Origin: Pseudomonadota bacterium
GTDB lineage: Bacteria > Campylobacterota > Campylobacteria > Campylobacterales > Sulfurimonadaceae
DNA length: 64,000 nucleotides
Assembly (NCBI GenBank): GCA_043797085.1
Contig: JAZDQA010000011.1
Location: 64,001 to 128,000, forward strand
Direction of reading: 5' to 3'
Shown here: positions 1 to 8,943 of the stretch, piece after piece
How positions within the stretch are numbered: the stretch's first letter is position 1
Layout of the letters: every line of letters starts with the position of its first letter
The notes under the pieces: model-generated
What the model was told of the DNA's origin: nothing
The model's database searches: none
The model's input: the letters and a program-made list of their open reading frames with translations, nothing else
Made by a program: the position numbers and the translations under genes

Positions 1-715
1 TTATGGAGTAAAAGCATTTTTGAAACTTTCGTTCTTTATCATGTTGCCTTTTTTCTTGATTGCCAAAGAGCCCGACCTTGGTACGGCAACCGTGTTGGCG
101 TTGCTTGGATTCGGGATTTTATTTATCGTTGGTGTCCATTGGAAAATTTGGCTTGGACTTGGGGTGGTGTTTATTGTATCTCTTCCGTTGATTTACACCC
201 AGTTGCATGATTATCAAAAACAGCGTTTGTACGATTTTGTAGGGGAAAAGCCAAGCTATCACGTCGAACAGTCGATTATCGCGATTGGTTCGGGCGGATT
301 TTTGGGTAAACCCAAAGAAGAAGCGACGCAAACACAGATGAAATTTCTACCCATTGCTTCGAGTGATTTTATCTTCGCCTACGTCGTTGAGCGTTTTGGA
401 TTTTTAGGGGCATTTTTTCTCATATCCTTGTACGCAGCATTGATTGTGCATTTACTGATACTCTCATCGTGGTCGGCTGATTATTATATCAAGGTGGTCA
501 CTGGCGGACTGTCACTGCTGGTATTTATCTACATGAGTGTCAATATTGCTATGACCATGGGGCTTGCTCCGGTCGTTGGTGTTCCATTGCCGATGTTTAG
601 TTATGGCGGGAGCAGTTTTGTTAATTTTATGGTCTTATTTGCCATTATGGAAAACCTCTTAGCCTATCGTTTTCGTTATATGTACGATAATGTTGGTAAA
701 AAAAGCTTCGTCTAA
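1..715 (+). CDS. rodA: Rod shape-determining protein RodA (SEDS family), 5'-truncated at window edge
   Basis: Polytopic membrane ORF with SEDS motifs EPDLGTA, QSIIAIGSGG, SDFIFA, GVPLPMFSYGGSS. FtsW cannot be fully excluded. Confidence 0.85.
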   Translation, partial: YGVKAFLKLSFFIMLPFFLIAKEPDLGTATVLALLGFGILFIVGVHWKIWLGLGVVFIVSLPLIYTQLHDYQKQRLYDFVGEKPSYHVEQSIIAIGSGGFLGKPKEEATQTQMKFLPIASSDFIFAYVVERFGFLGAFFLISLYAALIVHLLILSSWSADYYIKVVTGGLSLLVFIYMSVNIAMTMGLAPVVGVPLPMFSYGGSSFVNFMVLFAIMENLLAYRFRYMYDNVGKKSFV

Positions 716-727
716 TCTAAGAGCGTT

Positions 728-740
728 TATAATGGCGCTC
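728..740 (+). promoter_or_regulatory. Host stable-RNA promoter -10 box and GC-rich discriminator
   Basis: TATAAT at 728-733 followed by GGCGCTC, 16 nt before the tRNA 5' end at 750. Confidence 0.6.
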
Positions 741-749
741 CACTTTCAC

Positions 750-790
750 GGGTCAATAGTTCAGTGGTTAGAGCCCTCCGCTCATAACGG
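750..790 (+). pseudogene. 5' half of host tRNA(CAU), interrupted by the prophage (attL core CTCATAACGG 781-790)
   Basis: Acceptor 5' strand, D arm and anticodon loop are present, then tRNA sequence stops. Joins to 39121-39155 to give a 76-nt cloverleaf. Confidence 0.9.
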
Positions 791-850
791 CTTAATCTGA
801 ATTGATAGAACGCCTACAGACAGGGCGGTAAACGGTCTTTATTTTTTTAC

Positions 851-873
851 GGTGACGGCTTAGGTGACGGCTT
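851..873 (+). repeat. Paired GGTGACGGCTT direct repeats, putative integrase arm-type sites (left arm)
   Basis: Copies at 851-861 and 863-873; an identical pair lies at 38983-39005. Confidence 0.75.
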
Positions 874-885
874 CACTTCTTAAAT

Positions 886-961
886 GGGTCAATAGTTCAA
901 TGGTTAGAGCCCACCGCTCATAACGGTGTTGTTGCAGGTTCAAGTCCTGCTTGACCCACCA
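886..961 (+). tRNA. Prophage-encoded non-initiator tRNA with CAT anticodon (elongator Met or Ile2)
   Basis: 76-nt cloverleaf with GGGTCAA/TTGACCC acceptor, CACCG-CTCATAA-CGGTG anticodon arm, GCAGG-TTCAAGT-CCTGC T arm and encoded CCA. Paired G1-C72 argues against an initiator tRNA. Confidence 0.93.
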
Positions 962-972
962 TTTCTTCAAAA

Positions 973-1161
973 TCAAGCTGATTTATCAATACGATTTCTC
1001 TCTAAAAATTCTTCAATATCTGATATTTTATAAACAACAGCATTACCAAATTTTGAGTAAGATAGTTTTCGTTGGCTTCGATAGTTAGCCAGAGTACCTT
1101 TTGCAATACCGAATTTTTCCATAACTTGTTTATCTGTTATGTATTTGTCAAGCAATTCCAT
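973..1161 (-). CDS. Excisionase-like helix-turn-helix protein
   Basis: 62 aa with HTH-like pattern (VMEKFGIAKGTLANYR...YSKFGNAVVY); last gene of the leftward operon, next to attL. Confidence 0.7.
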   Translation of the reverse strand: MELLDKYITDKQVMEKFGIAKGTLANYRSQRKLSYSKFGNAVVYKISDIEEFLERNRIDKSA

Positions 1162-1345
1162 TTGCTCCCTCCTTCATAAATTTCGGAAGAAGTAAGCCCA
1201 TAAAGCAACTTCCTACCCCACCTTTTTTATATTTTGGCTTACTACCTGCTGAGCAACTCTTATCTCCGTTTACCCCTTTGATACATTCTGAACAGTCAAT
1301 ATTCCACTGTCCTCTTGTATCTTGTCCGCTGTATTTTGGTTTCAT
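1148..1345 (-). CDS. Hypothetical Cys-rich phage protein
   Basis: 65 aa with CxxC, AAGGAG RBS, overlaps the next gene. Confidence 0.55.
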   Translation of the reverse strand: MKPKYSGQDTRGQWNIDCSECIKGVNGDKSCSAGSKPKYKKGGVGSCFMGLLLPKFMKEGANGIA

Positions 1346-1409
1346 CCTGCTCTCCTTATTTTTTCAACAATTCTCTGCGCTTCCAATGTATCAAAGTAAT
1401 CATCAACAC

Positions 1410-1913
1410 TCATAAAATCACTTCGTTTAATTTCTTCTTCGCTCTGCGTTTCGATGCTTCTTCCCGTCTGCGCTTCAGGTTCTCTTCGGGGTGATTGTCT
1501 CTCCACTTCTTTACTGACTGATAAGATAGTGTCGGGTGAAGCTTCCGGTAGTTTTTCATGTATGTCCGCTTGTACTCTCTCTTCTCTTCGATTGACATCG
1601 GTTTTTTCTTCGGATTTGTTTGGAGCGGATCCGTCACCGCTTTGGACTTTTTTGGCTGCACAACCTTTTTACCAATATCGGAAATATGGTTATCCATAAG
1701 ATTTATCATAAGTGGTTTAGAACTTACTTTTTTAGTATCATGATTTGATAGTGTTGGGGCAGCGTTTTTATGGCTGGCATTTTTTCGAGATATTGAAGGA
1801 ATATGTTCTTCCTCCTTGATCCCTATAGCTTTTTTCCATTCTTTTTCAGACATAGGATGTTTCATCCCTTTTGACTTTAGAATGTCGAGGTATTTTTTAT
1901 ATCCTTCATGCAT
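1410..1913 (-). CDS. Hypothetical highly basic phage protein
   Basis: Lys/Arg-rich ORF overlapping the upstream gene; start uncertain (1913 or 1925). Confidence 0.6.
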   Translation of the reverse strand: MHEGYKKYLDILKSKGMKHPMSEKEWKKAIGIKEEEHIPSISRKNASHKNAAPTLSNHDTKKVSSKPLMINLMDNHISDIGKKVVQPKKSKAVTDPLQTNPKKKPMSIEEKREYKRTYMKNYRKLHPTLSYQSVKKWRDNHPEENLKRRREEASKRRAKKKLNEVIL

Positions 1914-2754
1914 TACCAATACCATTACCTATAATTGATTTTAATCTCTTTCTTTCTCCATCCCGTCTCCATTTTGCACGTAATTTTTCAATACGATCAG
2001 GGTCATCTTTGATTTGTTGATAGCGATTACGTTCTTTTTCAAGGCGACGTTCGACAGCTGCTATATTTTGTTTAAAGCGCTCACGTTTTTTTGGCCCACG
2101 AGCTCTATCTTGAGCCCGTATTTTTTCAGCATTTTGCTTTCGGTACTCCCGAGCTTTTGCACGATGTTCTTCCCATTGCTGAGGAGTCCAATCTTTTTTC
2201 TTATCACGCTGTTTGCGGTTGTATTCAGATACCTTGTCTTTATTGCTTTGAGCATATTCACGATTTCTATCAAGACTTTTCTTTTTATTTTTTGCGTAAT
2301 ATTCTCGCTGATATTCATTTCGCTTTCGTTTTGTTTCATCCGGAGATTGTCGAGGAGATACTCCTTTTTCTAATCTCTTTTTAGCCTGATACTCACGAGC
2401 ACTTTTACGATTACGCTCTATCAACTCTTCATGAGTTAATTTTACTCGCTTTGGTTTCTCTATTTTTAGAGCAGCTTCTTTTTTTACTTTCAGATCTTTG
2501 ACAGGTTTTGGTTTTATCGATCGGAGTACTCTTAGTTTTGTCGTGACGCTTTTCGCTTTGATCGCCGTTTCACTTAGTTTTGGGGCTGGGGCCTTTTTTG
2601 CTTTGGATAGCTCCTCGATGCTGACACGATTTTCATCTTTTATTTTCTCCTGATCTATCAGATACCCGAAAACAGAGCGCTTCGTCCCAGGCTTAATCTT
2701 CATCTCTTTGCATTTTTCTAAGTAACTTTTATAAAGGGTGTCGATGTTATTCAT
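1906..2754 (-). CDS. Hypothetical highly basic protein with REY-type helical repeats
   Basis: AAGGAG RBS before ATG 2754; repeated (A/Q/N)REY motifs. Confidence 0.6.
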   Translation of the reverse strand: MNNIDTLYKSYLEKCKEMKIKPGTKRSVFGYLIDQEKIKDENRVSIEELSKAKKAPAPKLSETAIKAKSVTTKLRVLRSIKPKPVKDLKVKKEAALKIEKPKRVKLTHEELIERNRKSAREYQAKKRLEKGVSPRQSPDETKRKRNEYQREYYAKNKKKSLDRNREYAQSNKDKVSEYNRKQRDKKKDWTPQQWEEHRAKAREYRKQNAEKIRAQDRARGPKKRERFKQNIAAVERRLEKERNRYQQIKDDPDRIEKLRAKWRRDGERKRLKSIIGNGIGNA

Positions 2755-2897
2755 GGAGGCTCCTTTGATTAATCTATTTCTTACTCTTTCCATACTTTGC
2801 ATCATGAGGGTTCGTGCCCCATCTGCGCTTTGTTTTGATAGAACCTATTCCTATTGCGATGATCAGAAATAGAATTAATGCTATTCCTATAATTTTA

Positions 2898-3083
2898 TCA
2901 GCGAACATTTTTAACTCCTAAATCAGTAGTAATCTGATCGATGGTGTACGGCAGCACAACTCCTCCAATTTCAACATCGAAGTATTTTGTTCCTTCGTAC
3001 CTACGTATTCGCACAACTCTTCCTTTGAACTGACCGTACACATAAATCCATTGACCAGGCTTGATGTCATTTTTAGTTTGCAT
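2898..3083 (-). CDS. Hypothetical small phage protein
   Basis: GGAGG RBS; ATG 3083 overlaps the upstream stop (TGATG). Confidence 0.55.
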   Translation of the reverse strand: MQTKNDIKPGQWIYVYGQFKGRVVRIRRYEGTKYFDVEIGGVVLPYTIDQITTDLGVKNVR

Positions 3084-3370
3084 CACGCTATACCTCCAAC
3101 AATAAATAATCCGATAATTCCAAACATAAAAGCAACAACTCCCCAAAAACCTTGCGACTTTTCACGAAAGACGGTACCATACAAGACAGCAGCGGTTATA
3201 AAATAGATCGTAGCTGCCAAAGGCATGATTGCAAACGCCAAAATGAGAGGAATAATTACAGCATGAACAGCACCTTTGAAGGCTTTATCGTAAGCGTCAT
3301 TATTTTCGTAGGATATAAAATCTATAGCGACCCCGTTTGGTGTGCTAAGGTTGAGCGTTTCTTTTAACAT
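3083..3370 (-). CDS. Hypothetical membrane protein
   Basis: AAGGAG RBS; 2-3 hydrophobic segments. Confidence 0.6.
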   Translation of the reverse strand: MLKETLNLSTPNGVAIDFISYENNDAYDKAFKGAVHAVIIPLILAFAIMPLAATIYFITAAVLYGTVFREKSQGFWGVVAFMFGIIGLFIVGGIA

Positions 3371-3458
3371 AGTTTCTCCTTTGGTAATTCTTCAATGATT
3401 CGTAGCGCCCACCATAGTGGGAGCCCATTAAGAGATTCTAAAATTCTTTTGAACTTCA

Positions 3459-4265
3459 TTAGATCTCCTCAATAGTGACTTTGTACTGTTTATCAGCAAG
3501 CAAAACACCTAAGTCTCGAAACTCTCTATAAATTTCATATGACATAAGTGCATGACCACTTTTTTTTAATTGTTTAACTACTTTTTTCCCCTGGTAAACC
3601 TTCTCCACTTTCGGTTTCGCCGCTTCTTTGAAATCATCACGCTTAATCTCACCAGAGTTGTATCTCTGATAGATTTCACGCTGTTTTTCAGGATCTTTTA
3701 CCCTGCTTAGTTCTTCGAGTACTGATAACCCGATATCGCGTTTGTTTGCTTCGATGTCAGCTTTGATCATAGGGTCGAGCTTGAAGCATCCGAATGCTTT
3801 AGAGACATAGGATAATGGTTTGCCTATAGCTCCCGCTAACTCTTGCTTCTGAGTGTATTTACCTGATTCCCATAGCCTTACTATCGCCATCGATGTCTCA
3901 TAGTCAGTCAAGTCCTCACGCTGGATGTTCTCGATTAGAGCCATTTCATCCACTGAGTGATCGTCGCTATAAAATACGATTGATTTAATCGTTATTGCTC
4001 CATTAATCTTGGATGATTCGTATCTGCGCTGCCCTGCGATAATCATGTATTTGTCTGATTTACGTACCACACTGATTGGTTGTAGTAGTCCTTTGGTTTT
4101 GATAGACTCTGCCAGTTCTAAAAGTGAAACGGGGTCAAAATGTTTGCGTGGTTGGTCGGGGTTTGGGTATATCTTCGATATCTCTATCTCCATCAGAGAG
4201 CTAATACCTGATGTTCTGGGAGCAGTTTGATTAGTTGCGTTTTTAAGGGCGGATAAGTTCATCAC
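3459..4265 (-). CDS. parB: ParB/Spo0J family partition protein
   Basis: NPDQPRKHFD, GLLQPI, IAGQRRY (GxRR box), ALIENIQREDL. Confidence 0.9.
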   Translation of the reverse strand: MMNLSALKNATNQTAPRTSGISSLMEIEISKIYPNPDQPRKHFDPVSLLELAESIKTKGLLQPISVVRKSDKYMIIAGQRRYESSKINGAITIKSIVFYSDDHSVDEMALIENIQREDLTDYETSMAIVRLWESGKYTQKQELAGAIGKPLSYVSKAFGCFKLDPMIKADIEANKRDIGLSVLEELSRVKDPEKQREIYQRYNSGEIKRDDFKEAAKPKVEKVYQGKKVVKQLKKSGHALMSYEIYREFRDLGVLLADKQYKVTIEEI

Positions 4266-4848
4266 GTACTCCTATGATCTCAGCTCTCGAAGTATCGAAA
4301 GAACTGATAGATGAATGAAACACACTCTTACCGTCCCCCATGGTCGACCGGTATATTTTACGTGATCGTATGACCGAGTCAAGCAAAACGATATTAGTAT
4401 CGCTGATTGCCTCTTTAATCGTGTCAAAGTTACGGGTAAGAGGGTGGATGTTGTTAAACACCATATACGCTTCGGCATCACTACCGATCTCAGATAGGAT
4501 CGATTTGAACGTATGAAATCCAAGAACCTCAGTAATGCTGTCGCTGATTGGTATGAGTATTTTGTCGCTATAGGCAAGAGCAGTACGGTTGATATCGCTA
4601 TCAAACCCTCCGACGTCTATAATGACCACTTTATCACTCGGTGTTGCTTTGAGTATCTCGATGAGCTCTGAGGAGGTATGAGGCTGTATTACGTTAAGCG
4701 TTCCACCACTCATTAGATTGAGATAGTGGATTGTTTGCTGAAAGTCTAAGTCGATGACATCAGCATGGTTAGCAAATGAGTGAGCCAAATGCCACGCAAG
4801 AGTTGATTTCCCAACTCCTCCCTTAGTGTGTGAAATAGTAATAATCAT
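4243..4848 (-). CDS. parA: ParA family ATPase
   Basis: Deviant Walker A KGGVGKST, IDLDFQ and VIID motifs; overlaps parB. Confidence 0.9.
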   Translation of the reverse strand: MIITISHTKGGVGKSTLAWHLAHSFANHADVIDLDFQQTIHYLNLMSGGTLNVIQPHTSSELIEILKATPSDKVVIIDVGGFDSDINRTALAYSDKILIPISDSITEVLGFHTFKSILSEIGSDAEAYMVFNNIHPLTRNFDTIKEAISDTNIVLLDSVIRSRKIYRSTMGDGKSVFHSSISSFDTSRAEIIGVRDELIRP

Positions 4849-4864
4849 GGTTGGATTCCTTGGT

Positions 4865-4883
4865 TTGATTTTCCCGCGGGAAA
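4865..4883. promoter_or_regulatory. Palindrome TTTCCCGCGGGAAA, candidate parS/operator upstream of parA
   Basis: 14-bp palindrome; the 19-mer TTGATTTTCCCGCGGGAAA recurs inverted at 16932-16950. Confidence 0.45.
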
Positions 4884-4949
4884 TTTTGTGAGCTCTCTAC
4901 GTGACTCAGCGAACCACAAAGGGAACCTGCGCCTCGTAGAAAGCTATGG

Positions 4950-4979
4950 GACGGCTCCGACATGAATGTCGGAGCCGTC
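4950..4979. other. Perfect inverted repeat (hairpin/cruciform) downstream of DGR target 2
   Basis: GACGGCTCCGACA-TGAA-TGTCGGAGCCGTC; no U-tract on either strand. Confidence 0.6.
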
Positions 4980-5013
4980 ATTAAACTTGAAACGCTTTCA
5001 CACCTTCAATGCC

Positions 5014-5838
5014 TTACATTACCTTCTCTTCTTGATTGTTATCACTCACTTCCGTTCGTTCTGTCATGGGCTCAATGTAGGCTGGACGGAACCCGATGAA
5101 GCTGTACGAGACCGAACGAGCAGCGCCCAGATACAAGGCACCGAGCCCAGCATCCGCACCACCGTACCAATTCCCGCCACGGAACGGCAAACGTTCATCG
5201 CAGTTATCAGCCCAAAAATAGCCTTTTATATCTGTCATGTTGTGTTGTTGAGGTGGTACGATCAACGCTTTGAATAGAAGCTCATCGATTACAACACCGT
5301 CCAATACTTTGGTTTCAACCCAGCGGTTACCGTCATAATCTTCATTTGTAACCGCATTTCCGAAAATTGGTATTCCGTCATTGATGTCCACATGGGTATC
5401 AAATCGTTTCCATTCAGACTCATGCGCTGAAAAATCATTATCATGAGGCATAATGATCTGACCATCGATAAGCTTTAACCCATCGACCCACTCCCATAAC
5501 GATCCGACTCCACCGACGGCGTTTTTACCCTCTTTCAGGCTCCACATTGCCATCGCTGACCACTCCCAGTTCGTCATGAGATGCCATCCTGCACCTTTAT
5601 CCGAACAATGTTTTTTCGCATCATCAAAATCAATCCTTACTACCGGACTGCCGTTCTCATCTTTCTCGTGCCCCATACCGATATGGATGGCATCAATCTC
5701 GACCCCGTTAATGATGAATGCTGGATGAATGCCAGATCCGAATCGTGGGTCCACATCTTCAATGCGAAACTTTGGTATGATTTTCATATCATTATTTTTG
5801 CCATGCTGATCATAGATGGCTGTTATCTCTTTTTGCAT
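5014..5838 (-). CDS. Second (remote) DGR target protein, paralog of 26394-27455, predicted C-type lectin/FGE-like fold
   Basis: Shares PKF, HPAFI.NGVE, KGAGWH.MTNWEW and WEW.DGLKL.DG with target 1; C-terminal RGGNW...IGFRPA region matches TR; GGAGA RBS before ATG 5838. Confidence 0.9.
   Translation of the reverse strand: MQKEITAIYDQHGKNNDMKIIPKFRIEDVDPRFGSGIHPAFIINGVEIDAIHIGMGHEKDENGSPVVRIDFDDAKKHCSDKGAGWHLMTNWEWSAMAMWSLKEGKNAVGGVGSLWEWVDGLKLIDGQIIMPHDNDFSAHESEWKRFDTHVDINDGIPIFGNAVTNEDYDGNRWVETKVLDGVVIDELLFKALIVPPQQHNMTDIKGYFWADNCDERLPFRGGNWYGGADAGLGALYLGAARSVSYSFIGFRPAYIEPMTERTEVSDNNQEEKVM
5080..5190 (-). repeat. DGR variable region VR2
   Basis: 111-nt ungapped match to TR with 15 mismatches, all at TR adenines. 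Confidence 0.95.
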
Positions 5839-5958
5839 AATTTTCTCCCAATATACAAAGCCGTACCGTGTAGCTACCGTGACACGCACTTTTTTCTTTA
5901 TTCTGAGTCCCACTGGAACTACCTCATATTTTTATAGAACTCCATGTATGGAATGTGG

Positions 5959-6738
5959 TTAAACCTGATACGATTTAACGCCCTCAATACTGTCACAGAT
6001 ACTCTGTGTGAGTTGTCGGCGTGTTTCCTCTTCGAGTTGGTCGATGTTGTAACAGATCAGCTCTGCAACAAACGCACCGTCCTGAGCACTCAAAAATAAC
6101 TCTGTCTCAAAGCGGGTGGTTAGTTCACGATCATTGGTATAGATTGGAAACTCAAAAGTAATAATCCGTGGGATTTCAACGTTTGCTTTTCCAGTTCGGA
6201 CAGTGGCATCAATGCTAAACTTGTTTGATGCATTTCGCTGGATGCTGTCAATTGTTGTGATTCCCTGCAAGCTCTCTGCCATGTCGATGATGTCCATGTC
6301 ATCTGCTTTTTTGTTATCCAGTGCAACGATGAACGGCTCCATACGTTTAAGGAAGCGAATAAAATCTTTTTGACTGATTGATCTTCCATTGTTTGCTCGG
6401 TAATGTTTATAGTCATCAGTTTGGATCAGAGGCATAAGCGCTGCACTGTCACCGTAATCAGGTTGTGAAGCTGTGATATAGTTGAATACGGCTTTTACCC
6501 TGCCATCATCATAGAAAAGCTTTGTAGCGTTTGTTTTGTACTCAGTAACGAATGCAATGAAGTCATCTTTGTTGATGATACTTTGTGATACAACATGCCG
6601 TGCCAATTCAGGCTTAAGGTGGAGTGGCTGCATACTATTATCAATTTTATAGTCTTGGTGTGTAGCTCTAGCCCCATTATCAAGAAGTACACTTGGTATT
6701 CTAAATGCATCGATAAGCGGTCTTAAAAAATCTTTCAT
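5959..6738 (-). CDS. DUF2303/YfdQ-like phage protein
   Basis: Size and pattern (DFIAFV..Y, AVFNY, ISQKDF..FL, EFPIY) resemble the YfdQ family; paired with an upstream 108-aa gene. Confidence 0.6.
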   Translation of the reverse strand: MKDFLRPLIDAFRIPSVLLDNGARATHQDYKIDNSMQPLHLKPELARHVVSQSIINKDDFIAFVTEYKTNATKLFYDDGRVKAVFNYITASQPDYGDSAALMPLIQTDDYKHYRANNGRSISQKDFIRFLKRMEPFIVALDNKKADDMDIIDMAESLQGITTIDSIQRNASNKFSIDATVRTGKANVEIPRIITFEFPIYTNDRELTTRFETELFLSAQDGAFVAELICYNIDQLEEETRRQLTQSICDSIEGVKSYQV

Positions 6739-7061
6739 TGGTTAACTCCCGGAAGTATTTGTTGGTTTGGACGGTTACGTGATGGCATAAATGTTTGCTC
6801 ATTAACAAAGAAGCCTGTTTTGATCTTAGGTCGAGGGATGGTATGACTTACATCTCCAACCATAGTGATCTGATCATCAGCGACTTTGGAAATTTCGAGC
6901 TTGATAGTGATGGTCGATTTTTTCTCCTGAATCATGGTGGCTTTTACACATTCTTTCAGTGCTCGGGCGGTGTTATCCGCAATGTCTCCGTTTCCAATAG
7001 TTCTAAAAGCATTGATAAACGCATCGATCTCAGAGGCGAAAACCTCGGGGTTCTGTTCCAT
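6735..7061 (-). CDS. YfdP-like phage protein
   Basis: ATGA overlap with the YfdQ-like gene; KKSTITIKLEI...PRP...FFV...SRNRPNQ pattern. Confidence 0.5.
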   Translation of the reverse strand: MEQNPEVFASEIDAFINAFRTIGNGDIADNTARALKECVKATMIQEKKSTITIKLEISKVADDQITMVGDVSHTIPRPKIKTGFFVNEQTFMPSRNRPNQQILPGVNQ

Positions 7062-7185
7062 AGTGATTCCTTCGGGTTGAGTATTTAATCAGGGCAGGCG
7101 CCTTACCCTCATGTAGATACTCGATTTTCATGGTGAAACCCTCTGATATAATGTTGCTGCAACACAAATCAAAACAAAAGGCTTC

Positions 7186-7455
7186 ATGATGGAAATAACG
7201 GTTAATTATCAAGGGCATAGCGGAGTAAATCTCAGTGTTAAAGATTCAATGAGCTATATGCCAAGAGTAGGGGAAATGATTCATAATCCATCTGTCGAAG
7301 ATAGTGGGTGTACGGGCATGTTTGTTATCTATGATATTACACATGAACGTGCAGATGATGGATCGTTCTCATGTGTTGTTCAATGTATTGAATTTGGAGA
7401 TGTTGATGATAAACGTGACAGGCTTGCTGAAAGCGGCCATCTTACCTATCATTAA
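7186..7455 (+). CDS. Hypothetical moron, opposite to the early operon
   Basis: 89-aa ORF with its own extended -10 TGATATAAT at 7144-7152. Confidence 0.55.
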   Translation: MMEITVNYQGHSGVNLSVKDSMSYMPRVGEMIHNPSVEDSGCTGMFVIYDITHERADDGSFSCVVQCIEFGDVDDKRDRLAESGHLTYH

Positions 7456-7679
7456 GCTGATATAAACAACGCTTCAAACTCTTTACGAAATTTGATGATC
7501 TCATCGCGTAGTTTCATCATTTTTTCGTTGTATGCTTTTATATCTTCTGCTCTGTCAATATTATTTTTTGAATAATAACTACCTAGAGGAGAAAATGAGT
7601 AATATAAATCTTGCTCAATATTTCTAAGATTATTGGATACTTCTACCGCTTTTCGTATTTCATCAAATTTAACTTCCAT
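7452..7679 (-). CDS. Hypothetical phage protein
   Basis: AAGGAG RBS; 75 aa. Confidence 0.6.
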   Translation of the reverse strand: MEVKFDEIRKAVEVSNNLRNIEQDLYYSFSPLGSYYSKNNIDRAEDIKAYNEKMMKLRDEIIKFRKEFEALFISA

Positions 7680-7884
7680 AATCTCTCCTTGAGTATTTTG
7701 TAAACCACCTCGAAAGATGATTTATTAAAAACTCTTGCACCACTGCTTCGTGGCTCAGTCACCCTCACGGTAACTCATCCCAAACCAGCACCACCGATCA
7801 ACGGCTTCTTTCCACTGTAGGGCTCAGGGAAACTCTTCCCCGTATTTTGAGCATAGGCTCAATAGATCACACGCTATGTGTAAT

Positions 7885-8136
7885 CTATGAAACTATTTTT
7901 ATATCGTTTGAGCGGCAGTAGGTATGGAACCCGTTGCAGTTCTTTTTTAGGTATTCGTAAATTAGTTTGTCGAGAGGAGTACTCTTTCCGTTTCGAACTA
8001 ATTTATCATGAAGACGTTGCTTCATAGATGATGGTTTTGCTCCTATCTCTTTTGATGCAGTTTCAAAGCTTTTGCCTGAAACTAACAATCCTAGTTTTAC
8101 GTTTTGATATAGAGATAGATGCTGGTTAAATGCCAT
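7885..8136 (-). CDS. Putative Cro/Ner-like DNA-binding protein
   Basis: 83 aa, divergent from the repressor, first gene after the leftward promoter; HTH-like SFETASKEIGAKPSSM. Confidence 0.45.
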   Translation of the reverse strand: MAFNQHLSLYQNVKLGLLVSGKSFETASKEIGAKPSSMKQRLHDKLVRNGKSTPLDKLIYEYLKKNCNGFHTYCRSNDIKIVS

Positions 8137-8214
8137 TTTTGTTAAACCTTTTGAGTATTGCTAATCATGCGTTATAATCTTGTTTACGTTATGCAAACGT
8201 AAACGGATAAAGCA

Positions 8215-8244
8215 ATTATAGACAACATTGTCAAGTAATGTCAA
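8215..8244 (-). promoter_or_regulatory. Leftward early promoter with overlapping operator repeats
   Basis: TTGACA (8244-8239), 18 bp, TATAAT (8220-8215) on minus; TGTCAA hexamers at 8229, 8239, 8252 and 8262. Confidence 0.7.
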
Positions 8245-8260
8245 GAGGAAGTGTCAAGTT

Positions 8261-8932
8261 ATGTCAACATGGTATGAAAGATTAAAAAAATTACGTGAAC
8301 AAAAGAGCCTTAGTCAGACTCAATTAGGTGAAAAAATAGGCAAAGACTTAACCGCAATAAGTAGGTATGAGAATGGAAGTGGAGCACAAAATCTTACTTA
8401 TAAATTAAAACAAAGTTTACGCTGGGTATTTACGCCTGAAGAAATAGAGTATATTGAGCATGGTGCTATAGTTGAACCTGATAATACGACTAATAATGGA
8501 GTGGTAAAAAATACAATATTAGTTCCCATTATATCTGCAAAGGCAAGTGGTTCACCGGTTGGTGAGATTCACTATGAGGTTGTGACAAAAGGGGAGCTAT
8601 CGATTGCAAGGATGCTATTTAGGACAATGCCAAACGTAGAAAATATACAAGCGATAGAGGTGATCGGGAATAGTATGTCCCCTCGAATTAATCCTGGGGA
8701 TTATGTCATTATCGATAAAGCCGATTCTTTTAATCAAGATGGGGTTTATGTGTTGCAGTTTGATAGTATGTTATTAGTGAAAAGATTGCAGGTAACGACA
8801 AAAGGGATTAAGATCATCAGCGATAACCGATCATACGATGATGACATGTATGATCCCGAAGATGATCAGCGTATGATGCATATCATCGGAAAAGTTATTT
8901 TAGTGATCAATAGAGATATGGCATCGTTCTGA
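8261..8932 (+). CDS. CI-like repressor (XRE HTH plus S24 peptidase)
   Basis: RLKKLRE..SLSQTQLGEKIG HTH; GNSMSP and LVKRL catalytic Ser/Lys motifs. Confidence 0.9.
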   Translation: MSTWYERLKKLREQKSLSQTQLGEKIGKDLTAISRYENGSGAQNLTYKLKQSLRWVFTPEEIEYIEHGAIVEPDNTTNNGVVKNTILVPIISAKASGSPVGEIHYEVVTKGELSIARMLFRTMPNVENIQAIEVIGNSMSPRINPGDYVIIDKADSFNQDGVYVLQFDSMLLVKRLQVTTKGIKIISDNRSYDDDMYDPEDDQRMMHIIGKVILVINRDMASF

Positions 8933-8943
8933 TAGTCACTTAA

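Noticed and set aside
4950..4979. Intrinsic terminator or the VR2 homing hairpin
   Set aside because: No U-tract, ~100 nt from VR2 and no counterpart after VR1; function left unassigned.
5080..5190. VR2 as a simple recent duplicate or gene conversion product of VR1
   Set aside because: VR1 and VR2 differ only at TR-adenine positions with independent substitutions, while the flanking gene sequence is diverged.
4966..5277. Similar antisense ORFs 4966-5277(+) and 27135-27425(-) as a gene family
   Set aside because: Their similarity is simply the reverse strand of VR2 and VR1.
5839..5913. N-terminal extension of target 2 given in the ORF track
   Set aside because: An RBS precedes ATG 5838 and similarity to target 1 begins after it.
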